From the IMG/VR virus record IMGVR_UViG_3300025413_000005: a DNA stretch of 37,336 nt; one strand, given 5' to 3'. This DNA comes from a virus. This document shows, one piece after another, positions 23,170-31,044 of this stretch. A program made the position numbers and the translations under genes. The notes under the pieces were generated by a model. It did not search any database, was not told the origin of the DNA, and saw only the letters and a program-made list of their open reading frames with translations. Numbering within the stretch: the stretch's first letter is position 1; every line of letters begins with the position of its first letter.

Positions 23170-24060
23170 ATGTCTATCCTATCCAAAATCAAGCGCGGTG
23201 GAGAAACCCTTCCTCCCCGCGTCCTCCTCTCGGGCCCCGAGGGCATCGGCAAGAGTACCTTTGCCGCCAACGCCCCCTCCCCGCTCTTCATCTCCCAGGA
23301 GAACGGGCTCACCGGCCTAGATCACGTCGCGCACCTTTCGCCCGAGTCCTTTGCGGACACGCTGGCGATGGTGGATGAGCTAACGGCCAATCCCTCCGAG
23401 TACAAAACTCTCGTGCTCGATACGATGGATTGGCTAGAGCGTTCGATCCACGCCTTTATTTGCGCCCGCGACGGTAAGCAGAACGTCGAGGATTACGGTT
23501 ACGGCAAGGGCTATAAGGTAGCCGAGGCCGAGCTTGTCCTGCTTCTCAACAAGCTGGATGCGCTCCGCTCCTCTCAGAAGGTGGGCGTAATCCTTCTCTC
23601 ACACGTTCAAATTAAAGCGTTCACCTCCCCCGAGGGAACCGCCTGGGATCGCTACGAGATGAAAGGCCACAAGGGATTCACGGGAATCCTTCGCGAATGG
23701 CCAGATGCCTGCCTGTTTGCCGTCTATGAGGTCCACAAGATGAAGGAGCGCGGCGAGAACCGGGAGCGCGTCATCGGTGGGGATCGCGTGGTTCACACCT
23801 CTTGGAGCCCCGGATGGGATGCCAAGAACCGCCTCGGTCTTCCCGAGATCCTTCCCCTCTCCTACGAGGAATTTGCCGCGGCCGTGGAGGCTAACAGCCC
23901 TTCTAAGCTCCGCGCCGAGTTCATGGCCCTGCTGGAGTCCTCCACCCTGGACGCCGCTGCCCGCAAGGCCTGGACAAAAACCCCCGTTGAAACCCTCGCC
24001 CCCGACCGCATCCGCGCCGGGATCGCCAAACTCCAAAAACTCCAACCCGTCACCAAGTAA
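23170..24060 (+). CDS. Sak4-like RecA-fold ATPase (AAA_24-type single-strand annealing/recombination protein)
   Basis: Walker A LLSGPEGIGKST, Walker B TLVLDTMD. Overall pattern (...YGKGY...LLSH...) as in phage Sak4/AAA_24 proteins. Flanked by a nuclease and an SSB-like gene. Confidence 0.8.
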   Translation: MSILSKIKRGGETLPPRVLLSGPEGIGKSTFAANAPSPLFISQENGLTGLDHVAHLSPESFADTLAMVDELTANPSEYKTLVLDTMDWLERSIHAFICARDGKQNVEDYGYGKGYKVAEAELVLLLNKLDALRSSQKVGVILLSHVQIKAFTSPEGTAWDRYEMKGHKGFTGILREWPDACLFAVYEVHKMKERGENRERVIGGDRVVHTSWSPGWDAKNRLGLPEILPLSYEEFAAAVEANSPSKLRAEFMALLESSTLDAAARKAWTKTPVETLAPDRIRAGIAKLQKLQPVTK

Positions 24061-24064
24061 CCCC

Positions 24065-24661
24065 ATGGCCTACGAATCCAACAACAATAACGCCGACCGC
24101 TACGTTTCCCGCGTGGGAACCTTTCGCTGTGTCGTGCTCCCCACTCCCAACGGCATTTTCTCCGAGAGCAAGGAGGGAACCCCCTGCATCGCCCTTCCCC
24201 TGGAGGTGATCGACGCCGGTGATCAGCAGGGTAAGCGTATCACCTGGAAGGGCTGGCTCACTGCCGGTGCCTTTGACTACACGATCCGTGCTCTTTCCAA
24301 GGCTTTTGCCTGGGATGGAGACCTGGAGGCTATCCGCGACAACCCAGAGTTTTTCTCCCGTTCGGAATGCGCGATCGTCACCGAGAGCGAGACTTACAAC
24401 GGGGAGACCCGCGTGAAGGTCAAATGGCTCAACTCTGCAAACGGAGGCGGAGCCAAGGCGATGGACTCACAGAAGCTCAACGGGATCCTTTCCGGACTTG
24501 GCCGCAAGGCCAAGGCGATTGCCAAGGAAGCCCTTGCCGAGGATGGGGCAACACCCGTTCCAACCACTCTGAGCGCACCGCGCCCGAGCGCCCATGACCG
24601 CGCCAAGGCCAACGGATACGCGCCCGAAACCGACCTTGCCGAGGACGACATTCCCTTTTGA
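24065..24661 (+). CDS. Non-canonical SSB-like protein with bacterial SSB C-terminal tip (…EDDIPF)
   Basis: ATG 24065. 198 aa with a disordered Ala/Pro-rich tail ending AEDDIPF, as in E. coli SSB (DDDIPF). Sits directly after the Sak4-like gene, as cognate SSBs do. Confidence 0.7.
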   Translation: MAYESNNNNADRYVSRVGTFRCVVLPTPNGIFSESKEGTPCIALPLEVIDAGDQQGKRITWKGWLTAGAFDYTIRALSKAFAWDGDLEAIRDNPEFFSRSECAIVTESETYNGETRVKVKWLNSANGGGAKAMDSQKLNGILSGLGRKAKAIAKEALAEDGATPVPTTLSAPRPSAHDRAKANGYAPETDLAEDDIPF

Positions 24662-24663
24662 TC

Positions 24664-24954
24664 ATGCTCGCCCTTACTTACCCGACCGATCCAGGTCACA
24701 AGGAGAACACCACCAGCCGCGAGGCGGCGCTTTCTATGAGCAAGGAAAGCTCCCGCCTTCGCATCCTGGTACTCCGCGCCCTCAGTAAGCCCATGACGGC
24801 GGACGAATGTGCGGATTCCCTGGGAATGTCCGTCCTCTCAATCCGCCCGCGCTTCACGGAGCTTCAGCGGCACGGAATCATCGAGGAGACAGGAGAACTA
24901 CGTCACAACCGAAGCGGACGCCGGGCGAAAGTCTGGCAAAGGAGGGTGGCGTGA
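24664..24954 (+). CDS. Winged-helix (MarR/ArsR-like) DNA-binding protein
   Basis: RILVLRALSKPMTADECADSLGMSVLSIRPRFTELQRHGIIEETGELRHNRSGRRAKVW fits helix-turn-helix plus beta-wing. The alternative start TTG 24658 overlaps the upstream stop. Confidence 0.65.
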   Translation: MLALTYPTDPGHKENTTSREAALSMSKESSRLRILVLRALSKPMTADECADSLGMSVLSIRPRFTELQRHGIIEETGELRHNRSGRRAKVWQRRVA

Positions 24955-25193
24955 CCTGTACCTACCACATGTGCGTCGATATTCGTGGCGCTATTAAGTG
25001 GCACAATAGTCGCTTGAAATCGCTTTTTTGTGATTCTGAAGGGAAGCCGGTCTCGGCAGAAGCTGCCAGGGAGCATCTTTTTGATCAGCTCCAAATGGGG
25101 AGAAAGGTCATCCCTTTTGGTAAACCGTGCGATGGGTTTTCCTATGAGTCGGGTTGCCCTGGACACATCAAAGAATCGGAGGTGGCCGAATGA
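24951..25193 (+). CDS. Small Cys-containing hypothetical protein
   Basis: GTG 24951 (GTGA overlap, preceded by GGAGGG, one of the few SD-like motifs here). ...KPVSAEAAREHLFDQLQMGRKVIPFGKPCDGFSYESGCPGH. Confidence 0.5.
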   Translation: MTCTYHMCVDIRGAIKWHNSRLKSLFCDSEGKPVSAEAAREHLFDQLQMGRKVIPFGKPCDGFSYESGCPGHIKESEVAE

Positions 25194-25624
25194 AAATCCT
25201 GCATTCCTTCACGCTTCCCGTTACCCCGATTTCCCTTCAGAAGAGCGGAAAGAGGATCTTTGTCGTCAATGGAAAGCCACGGTTTTTTAAGGATAAAAAG
25301 GCTCAATCTTACCAGAATGGGATTGTCCTTTTGTGCCGCCAGCATTTTCCTGAAAGCCGGTATGAGATGCCTTTGGCACTGGAGCTGAAATTTGTGATGC
25401 CGAGGCCCCAGCGCCTCAAGCCCACCGATTCCTTGGCAGCCAGCAAAAGGCCCGACCTGGACAACCTGATCAAAGGCACTCAGGACGCCCTTTCGGAGTT
25501 CTGGGTGGATGATGATCAGATTGTTTGCCTGATCGCCTCAAAGAAATACGCGCCGGAGGGTCACTTCCCGTGCATTGGCGTCACCATTTGTGACGCCACC
25601 AGCCTTTTCGACGATGCCCAATAG
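25190..25624 (+). CDS. rusA: RusA-family Holliday junction resolvase
   Basis: ATG 25190 (ATGA overlap). KRPDLDNLIKGTQDALSEFWVDDDQIV is the RusA catalytic Asp pattern (PDxDNxxKxxxDxL...DDxQ). Confidence 0.85.
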   Translation: MKILHSFTLPVTPISLQKSGKRIFVVNGKPRFFKDKKAQSYQNGIVLLCRQHFPESRYEMPLALELKFVMPRPQRLKPTDSLAASKRPDLDNLIKGTQDALSEFWVDDDQIVCLIASKKYAPEGHFPCIGVTICDATSLFDDAQ

Positions 25625-26513
25625 GATTCTCCGCGATTACACCGACAGCGAAGCCATGAACGAAATTTCCGCTCAGTGCGAGCGCCTTTTCATCCGCCTT
25701 ATTCAAAAGGCCGATGATTATGGAAATTACCACGCCAATCCGGCGCTTATCCGCTCGGGCTGCTTCCCCCTCATGCTTGATACCGTCCGCGAGGCCGACA
25801 TATCCCGTGATCTTGCTGCGTGCGAGAAAGCCGGACTGATTGCTCTCTACGAGGTCTCAGGAAAGAACTTCTTGAATATCAAGAATTTCAATCAGCGCAT
25901 GAGGAACAGCAGGCCCAAGTATCCACTGCCAACTTGGCAGCAAAATGACGGCAAGCCGACCGTCAATCCTCCGCCAAGTCGCGGCAAGTCGCCGCGAGTG
26001 GCCGCAACTCGCGGGAAGTCGCGGCCTGAATCGGAGACGTATTCGGAGACGGAGACGTATTCGGAGACGGAGACGAACACCCCCCAACCCCCCACGGGGG
26101 GTGAACAGCCGGTGGGTGAGGAAATCCTCGATGTCGTGCCGCCGGTCAAAAAGCCGTTCGACATCGACAGCTTTCCTGACGCCCCCCAGCCCTCCCGAGC
26201 CGAAATCGACGCCGAGATTCGCCGCGGTGCCGACCTGATGGATCAGGAGGAGGAGTTCAACGTCTGGTTTGCCGAGTACCCCAAGCAAACCGACCGACAC
26301 GAAGCCGCCCGCCAGTGGCTAGCTACCCGTGGCAACCGTCCCGACCTGGATTCCCTCCTTGCCGCTCTGGAAACGCAGAAGGCAAGCGAGCAATGGACCA
26401 GGGACGCCGGGCGCTACGTTCCCAACCCCGCGGCCTACCTGGCCCACCGCAAGTGGGAGGACAAGCTTCAGGCCGGGAAGAAACCCCGTACATCACCCCA
26501 TGCAGACTTTTAA
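25614..26513 (+). CDS. Replication initiator / replisome organiser-like protein containing the candidate origin
   Basis: ATG 25614. The N-terminus CERLFIRLIQKADDYGNYHANPALIRSGCFPL...EKAGLIALYEVSGKNFLNIKNF looks winged-helix-like. Followed by a DnaC-like loader. DNA-level tandem repeats lie in its middle. Confidence 0.6.
   Translation: MPNRILRDYTDSEAMNEISAQCERLFIRLIQKADDYGNYHANPALIRSGCFPLMLDTVREADISRDLAACEKAGLIALYEVSGKNFLNIKNFNQRMRNSRPKYPLPTWQQNDGKPTVNPPPSRGKSPRVAATRGKSRPESETYSETETYSETETNTPQPPTGGEQPVGEEILDVVPPVKKPFDIDSFPDAPQPSRAEIDAEIRRGADLMDQEEEFNVWFAEYPKQTDRHEAARQWLATRGNRPDLDSLLAALETQKASEQWTRDAGRYVPNPAAYLAHRKWEDKLQAGKKPRTSPHADF
25975..26024. repeat. Five tandem 10-nt units (consensus caagtcgcgg): iteron candidates
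   Basis: caagtcgcgg caagtcgccg cgagtggccg caactcgcgg gaagtcgcgg. A 10-nt period is not a multiple of 3, so the repeat is at DNA level, not protein level. Confidence 0.55.
26031..26078. repeat. 12/18-nt tandem repeats tcggagac(ggagac)gtat x3
   Basis: tcggagacgtat tcggagacggagacgtat tcggagacggagacgaac, encoding SETYSETETYSETETN. Confidence 0.8.
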
Positions 26514-27204
26514 CCCTACAGAGACCATGATTTGCCGAGAGTGCAACAAGTCCTTTGATTTCGAGCTAGTTACGCTCAACGGACGCACCGTGTTTCAACC
26601 CCTTTACTGCGATCCTTGCGCCGAAAAGCTGATCAAACGCGAGAATCAGGATGCCCAGCGCCGAGCAGCTGAAGCCTCCAGCGCTCGCTTTCGGGCCATG
26701 ATCCCCCCGATGTACCTCGACACCGACGAAAGCCGATTGTCGGGGCTCCTGAGGGCTGAAATCCAAAACTGGACGTTCGGACCCCTCGGGATCGGATTTA
26801 TTGGACGGAGTGGAGCCGGGAAAACCCGCGCCGCCGTCTGCCTTCTCAAGCGCGAGCACGAGGCAGGGCGAGACGTGTTTTTCCTTTCTGCAACCGATCT
26901 GGCGCTCAACTCCGCCAATCAGTTTGCCGACAATCCCGCCATCCGCGAAATCTCCCGCTCCATCCTCAAGCTGTGCCGGGCATCGGAGATCCTTCTCCTC
27001 GATGACCTGGGAAAGGGACGCATGACCGACCGTTCCGAGAGCGAGCTGTACGACGTCCTGGAGTACCGCACCTCTCACCGGCTCCCCACCATCTGGACGA
27101 GCAACAGCGGAGGCCAAGACCTTCTCAACATGTTTTCTCCCGACCGAGGGGAGGCAATCATCAGGAGAATCGGCAAGGAGTTTTCAACGATTTTGAAGGT
27201 ATGA
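26500..27204 (+). CDS. DnaC/IstB-like AAA+ helicase loader with N-terminal Cys4 zinc-ribbon-like motif
   Basis: CRECNK...CDPCAEK. Walker A GRSGAGKTRAA, Walker B ILLLDDLG, sensor TIWTSN. Start ATG 26500, or 26527. Confidence 0.8.
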   Translation: MQTFNPTETMICRECNKSFDFELVTLNGRTVFQPLYCDPCAEKLIKRENQDAQRRAAEASSARFRAMIPPMYLDTDESRLSGLLRAEIQNWTFGPLGIGFIGRSGAGKTRAAVCLLKREHEAGRDVFFLSATDLALNSANQFADNPAIREISRSILKLCRASEILLLDDLGKGRMTDRSESELYDVLEYRTSHRLPTIWTSNSGGQDLLNMFSPDRGEAIIRRIGKEFSTILKV

Positions 27205-27548
27205 ACCCCGACACCACACCAACGCCGCATTGCGAATACTGCGGCGAAAAGAAATTCATGTATGAAGGAAAGTGGGGATCTCTTTGCAATTCTGAGCCCG
27301 GAAGACAGTCCAGACTCTGTGAGCAGAAGGCTCGCGCACAGAAAGCAGAACGCGAACTCGCAGAGAAAACCAGCGAGGTCGCAAGGCTCAGGGAGGAGAA
27401 TGCAGACCTTAAACAATGGCTCGATGAACGCTATAAAGCGTTGTCTGAAGCCGATGAAGAGGTCGCAAGGCTCAGGGAGCACATCGCAGAGTTAGAAAGC
27501 GGCTGGGACGAAGAAGCATATCAACGCAGACACCAAAACCTAGAATGA
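27201..27548 (+). CDS. Coiled-coil protein with N-terminal Cys pairs
   Basis: 115 aa with ATGA overlap. CEYCGEKK...C...C, then heptad-like E/K/R/L helix with duplicated EVARLRE. Confidence 0.55.
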   Translation: MNPDTTPTPHCEYCGEKKFMYEGKWGSLCNSEPGRQSRLCEQKARAQKAERELAEKTSEVARLREENADLKQWLDERYKALSEADEEVARLREHIAELESGWDEEAYQRRHQNLE

Positions 27549-27760
27549 CCTCCGCACTACGCACTACGAACAATTCAGTGGAAAAATGCCCGCAATGCGG
27601 AGCTTACTGGCGTGATTTATCTGACAGAGAGGTAATACGCGAAGGCGATCAGGAAATGTACCGAGATCAAACCCTCTGGATTCCGGTTGATGACGACACC
27701 ATCGGCTGCATGCCCAAGCAGTGGCCGGAATACCGCTTCCGCACCAGGAGACCCTTATGA
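27545..27760 (+). CDS. Small hypothetical protein (CPQC motif)
   Basis: 71 aa, ATGA-coupled on both sides. Confidence 0.5.
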   Translation: MTSALRTTNNSVEKCPQCGAYWRDLSDREVIREGDQEMYRDQTLWIPVDDDTIGCMPKQWPEYRFRTRRPL

Positions 27761-27915
27761 CAACACCCGCAAACCACTACTGGAGCACTGAAGGCACCAG
27801 ATTCCTAAACCCCGATTCATCCATCCCGACCGTTGAAGAGCGCGTCAAGGCCGCCTTCGAGGCCGGGAGGGAGTATGAAAAGGCCAACCAGGACAACCAA
27901 CCCGACAACCGATGA
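27757..27915 (+). CDS. Small hypothetical protein
   Basis: ATG 27757 (ATGA overlap; the track's 27721 is a non-ATG extension). 52 aa. Confidence 0.45.
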   Translation: MTTPANHYWSTEGTRFLNPDSSIPTVEERVKAAFEAGREYEKANQDNQPDNR

Positions 27916-28094
27916 GCGTACAGAAACCACGATCCCAGGGCAAAGGCGACGCACGCCGCGATGATTTCAAAGCATTCTCCGATAACATCCAGCACGTCAA
28001 AAAATCAGGCATCCGAGGAAAGATCGCCATCCAGAAGAACGGCCGTACCGTTTACTACTACGGCGACAAAAAGCCCACTTTGAGCATTGATTAA
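27912..28094 (+). CDS. Small basic hypothetical protein
   Basis: 60 aa with ATGA overlap. Confidence 0.5.
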   Translation: MSVQKPRSQGKGDARRDDFKAFSDNIQHVKKSGIRGKIAIQKNGRTVYYYGDKKPTLSID

Positions 28095-28177
28095 AGAGAT
28101 TTCGGGAATCAGGGGATATTTAAGGGGGTCTACCAAAAACCTTGTCAAGCCAAGACCACGCTATCAGAGTGAAAAAG

Positions 28178-28675
28178 ATGTCCGTTTCCAAGAAGCGATC
28201 ACCCAAGAAACCCAAGACCGCCCCGAAGAAAATGGGGCGGCCTTCGGTCTTTTCCAAAGAAATCTTTGACCGCATTCTGGTCGGCATTTCCAACGGCAAA
28301 ACCCTCACCTCACTTTGCGAGGCTGAGGACATGCCGGGACTGCGAACGGTGTACGATTGGTTGGAGGAGGACGCTCAACTTTCCGCACGTTTCGCACGCG
28401 CACGCGATGCCGGTCACGATGTTATTGCTGAAGACTGCATGAGGATTGCCGACATGACGGCCCTGGACACGATCCAAACCGAGAGCGGTAAGGAGATCCC
28501 TAACAGCGAGTGGATAGCGCGATCCCGCCTCCGTGTGGAAACCCGCCTGAAGCTCCTGGCCAAATGGAATCCCAAGAAGTACGGCGACAAGATCGAGACT
28601 CAACACACCGGCAGTGTGGATGTCGTGATCATTGGCGGCCCTAACTCAACGGTTGACCATCCCGACGCCCGGTGA
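28178..28675 (+). CDS. terS: Terminase small subunit
   Basis: ATG 28178. A basic N-terminus, then GRPSVFSKEIFDRILVGISNGKTLTSLCEAEDMPGLRTVYDWLEED..FARARDAG, the HTH pattern typical of small terminases. GTGA-coupled to terL. Confidence 0.75.
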   Translation: MSVSKKRSPKKPKTAPKKMGRPSVFSKEIFDRILVGISNGKTLTSLCEAEDMPGLRTVYDWLEEDAQLSARFARARDAGHDVIAEDCMRIADMTALDTIQTESGKEIPNSEWIARSRLRVETRLKLLAKWNPKKYGDKIETQHTGSVDVVIIGGPNSTVDHPDAR

Positions 28676-29955
28676 AAATTGAGATCGTCCCCCGGCCGGT
28701 CTTTGCCCCCTACGTTCACCGGGACAAGCGGTGGGCCTGCATGGTGGTTCACCGGCGAGGCGGAAAAACGTATGTTTCCCTTCAAGACCTTATTTCCCGA
28801 GCCCTCACCCACAAGCGCCCGGGCCCCCCGAAACGTTACGCCTACTTGGCACCCACGCGCCAACAGGCCAAGGACATCGTCTGGGGATACCTGACACGCT
28901 TCACCTCCGCCTTTGCAAAGCCCAACGCCGAGGAGCTAAAGGTCACGTTCGGCGATGGGACAGAGATCAAGCTTTTCTCTGGGGAAAGCTACGAACGTTT
29001 AAGAGGCATGTACCTCGACGGGTGCGTGATCGACGAGTACGCCGACATTGATCCTCGAGCCTGGTATTCCGTCATCCGCCCCTGCTTAACCGATTACCAG
29101 GGATGGGCGACTTTTATTGGAACGCCCAAGGGTAGAAATCAATTCTGGCGCCTTTGGTGTGACGCTCTCCAAGATCCGGCCTGGTACACCCTGATTTTGC
29201 AATCCAGCAAGAGCGGGATCATTCCTGAGAGCGAACTGGCCGACCTCAAGCGCGGCACTCCGGAGCACATTTTCCGCCAGGAGTATGAATGTGACTTCTC
29301 GGTTGCTCGCCTTGGGGCCATTTACGCCCGATTGCTTGAGGAGGCCCGAGTTTCCAAGCGCATCAGTGATGACATCCTTTGGCACAAGGAGAGCCCGGTA
29401 TTTACCTCGTTCGACATAGGAGCCCCCTTCAATCAGCGCGTCTGGGTCTTTCAGCTTATCGGTGATCGGATCGTCTTCCTCGAAAGCCTTTTTGGAGACA
29501 ATGAATGCGGCACCCCCGCGGAATGGGCCAAGCGCCTTCTTGATCGCAAGTATCACTACGGCGGCCATTTCATCCCCCATGACGCGGCAACCGAACATGG
29601 CGGACTCTGGCAAGCCCAACTCCGCACCGCCGGCCTTGACAACGTCAAACCCGTTCCCCGGCAACATAGCGTGTGGGACGGCATCAACCTTGCCCTGGAA
29701 GCGTTTCCCCGCGTTTGCTTTGCTTCTAAAGCCTGCGCCATGGGAATCGATTCCCTTGACAACTATCACGCCAAAGAAGAGACCGACGGCATGACCATCA
29801 AGGACGTTCCGGTTCACGATCACGCCTCCCATGCTTCGGATGCCTTTTCCCTGGCATTTCAGGCGATCAACGCGGGCATGGTAGTTGACCGGCGCAACCT
29901 ACCAGGACGCATCAGAGATCCTTTACGTCGCGCCACGCGGGCAATTCTGGCATAA
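28672..29955 (+). CDS. terL: Terminase large subunit
   Basis: Walker A VVHRRGGKT, Walker B DGCVIDEYAD. C-terminal nuclease-like half with conserved acidic residues (IPHDAA, VHDHASHASDA). Confidence 0.9.
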   Translation: MKIEIVPRPVFAPYVHRDKRWACMVVHRRGGKTYVSLQDLISRALTHKRPGPPKRYAYLAPTRQQAKDIVWGYLTRFTSAFAKPNAEELKVTFGDGTEIKLFSGESYERLRGMYLDGCVIDEYADIDPRAWYSVIRPCLTDYQGWATFIGTPKGRNQFWRLWCDALQDPAWYTLILQSSKSGIIPESELADLKRGTPEHIFRQEYECDFSVARLGAIYARLLEEARVSKRISDDILWHKESPVFTSFDIGAPFNQRVWVFQLIGDRIVFLESLFGDNECGTPAEWAKRLLDRKYHYGGHFIPHDAATEHGGLWQAQLRTAGLDNVKPVPRQHSVWDGINLALEAFPRVCFASKACAMGIDSLDNYHAKEETDGMTIKDVPVHDHASHASDAFSLAFQAINAGMVVDRRNLPGRIRDPLRRATRAILA

Positions 29956-29962
29956 AAATTTT

Positions 29963-30199
29963 ATGAATGAACAACAGGCAAGGCATATTTTAGAAAAAAA
30001 CGGAATTGATATAGATGCTGATGGAAACGGGTTTGGATCCAGTTCATCTCCTTACGTTTCTTGGCGCAATAAACTACATGCAAGCGGAAGGCATGAAGTA
30101 ACTTTAGATGATGGTTTTAATGTTGATGTTTTGGAAGCCATGGCTTGGTGGATTAGAAACAAAGGAGTCCCGGAAAAACCTGAACCATGGGCGACATGA
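29963..30199 (+). CDS. AT-rich hypothetical protein (moron inserted after terL)
   Basis: ATG 29963. 78 aa. First 100 nt hand-counted at 37% G+C. MNEQQARHILEKNGIDIDADGNGF... Confidence 0.55.
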   Translation: MNEQQARHILEKNGIDIDADGNGFGSSSSPYVSWRNKLHASGRHEVTLDDGFNVDVLEAMAWWIRNKGVPEKPEPWAT

Positions 30200-30549
30200 A
30201 GCCCGTCGAGGCTGCGGCCGCCGTCTATCAACGCGAGGCGTGCGCGAGAAGTTTCCCCCATGACCTAGAGCTGCATCTCCTGCATGGGTACGTCATCAAC
30301 ACGCCGGATTGGTTTATGATGTGTCGGCCCGTCTGGTCACGCGCTCCGCATGAACTGATCGTGGATCCTTCTTACAACGAGTTTTCGGTACTCGATACCT
30401 GGCACATTTACCTTTTTAGCGGTTCCAACATTTACCGCGCTGCCTACAAAGCCCAGCAGCTTGCCGGGCGTGTCATGGAAAACGTGAGCTTTGAAAAGCG
30501 CAACCGCCTAAGGATGCACCGCATGGCTGATTTCATGTCCAGGCTCTAA
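30187..30549 (+). CDS. Hypothetical protein
   Basis: 120-aa ORF. The alternative start ATG 30196 gives an ATGA overlap. Confidence 0.6.
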   Translation: MGDMKPVEAAAAVYQREACARSFPHDLELHLLHGYVINTPDWFMMCRPVWSRAPHELIVDPSYNEFSVLDTWHIYLFSGSNIYRAAYKAQQLAGRVMENVSFEKRNRLRMHRMADFMSRL

Positions 30550-30621
30550 AGAAAGGAATCGGACATCTTTAGGATTTTTCCTCTTGCTTGGTAGTAGGTC
30601 CATGGGGTATCCCATGCACCG

Positions 30622-31044
30622 ATGCGAGAGCTTATCAGATTCATTCTGGACATCTTTGCCCCCGAGCCTCTTTTGGTTTCCGGTGCCGAGGGTTTCTTTT
30701 CGGCTCCTCGTGAGGAAAAGCCCAAGCGCTCCCTGGCTGAAATCATCGGCCTTTCAGTCAATAAGGGCGGTCCCACGGTTTCCCTACCCAATCCGCCAGC
30801 CCCACCGATCATCAATATCCCTCCTGCGCCGGTTGCTCCAACGCCCCCTCCCCCTACAAGCAGCCAATCCATCTACAACAGCGCCCAAGCAGGCCGAGAG
30901 GCGGGCGCTCAACAAGCCGCTGGCTTTGGATTTCAAGCTTCGCTCCTGAGCCTTCCTCCCACGGGTGGCACAAGCGCCGGAACCGGCCCGAATGGCACCG
31001 TCAATACAGCTACCGGCACGGGATCGCTTCTAGGGCTCAAGTAA
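30622..31044 (+). CDS. Pro/Gly-rich hypothetical protein preceding the portal gene
   Basis: 140 aa. Abuts the portal ATG (stop 31042-31044, ATG 31045). Confidence 0.55.
   Translation: MRELIRFILDIFAPEPLLVSGAEGFFSAPREEKPKRSLAEIIGLSVNKGGPTVSLPNPPAPPIINIPPAPVAPTPPPPTSSQSIYNSAQAGREAGAQQAAGFGFQASLLSLPPTGGTSAGTGPNGTVNTATGTGSLLGLK

Noticed and set aside
22696-23320. Alternative ORFs over the hexanucleotide array: 22696..23136 (Pro-Ala-Thr repeats), 22877..23320 (Arg-Leu repeats) and minus-strand 22852..23124 (Arg-Ser repeats).
   Set aside because: They are open only because the NNCGGC repeat contains no stop in any frame. The Arg/Leu frames would use CGA/CGG/CTA codons almost exclusively, and their track starts are non-ATG or lie inside the upstream gene. 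The Ala-Pro-Thr frame (ATG 22872) is kept as a stated alternative, not as a feature.
28095-28177. Promoter or pac site in the gap before terS (TTGTCA at 28142-28147).
   Set aside because: No acceptable -10 hexamer at 16-18 nt spacing and no repeats or palindromes. The gap may still be regulatory, but the sequence alone does not show it.
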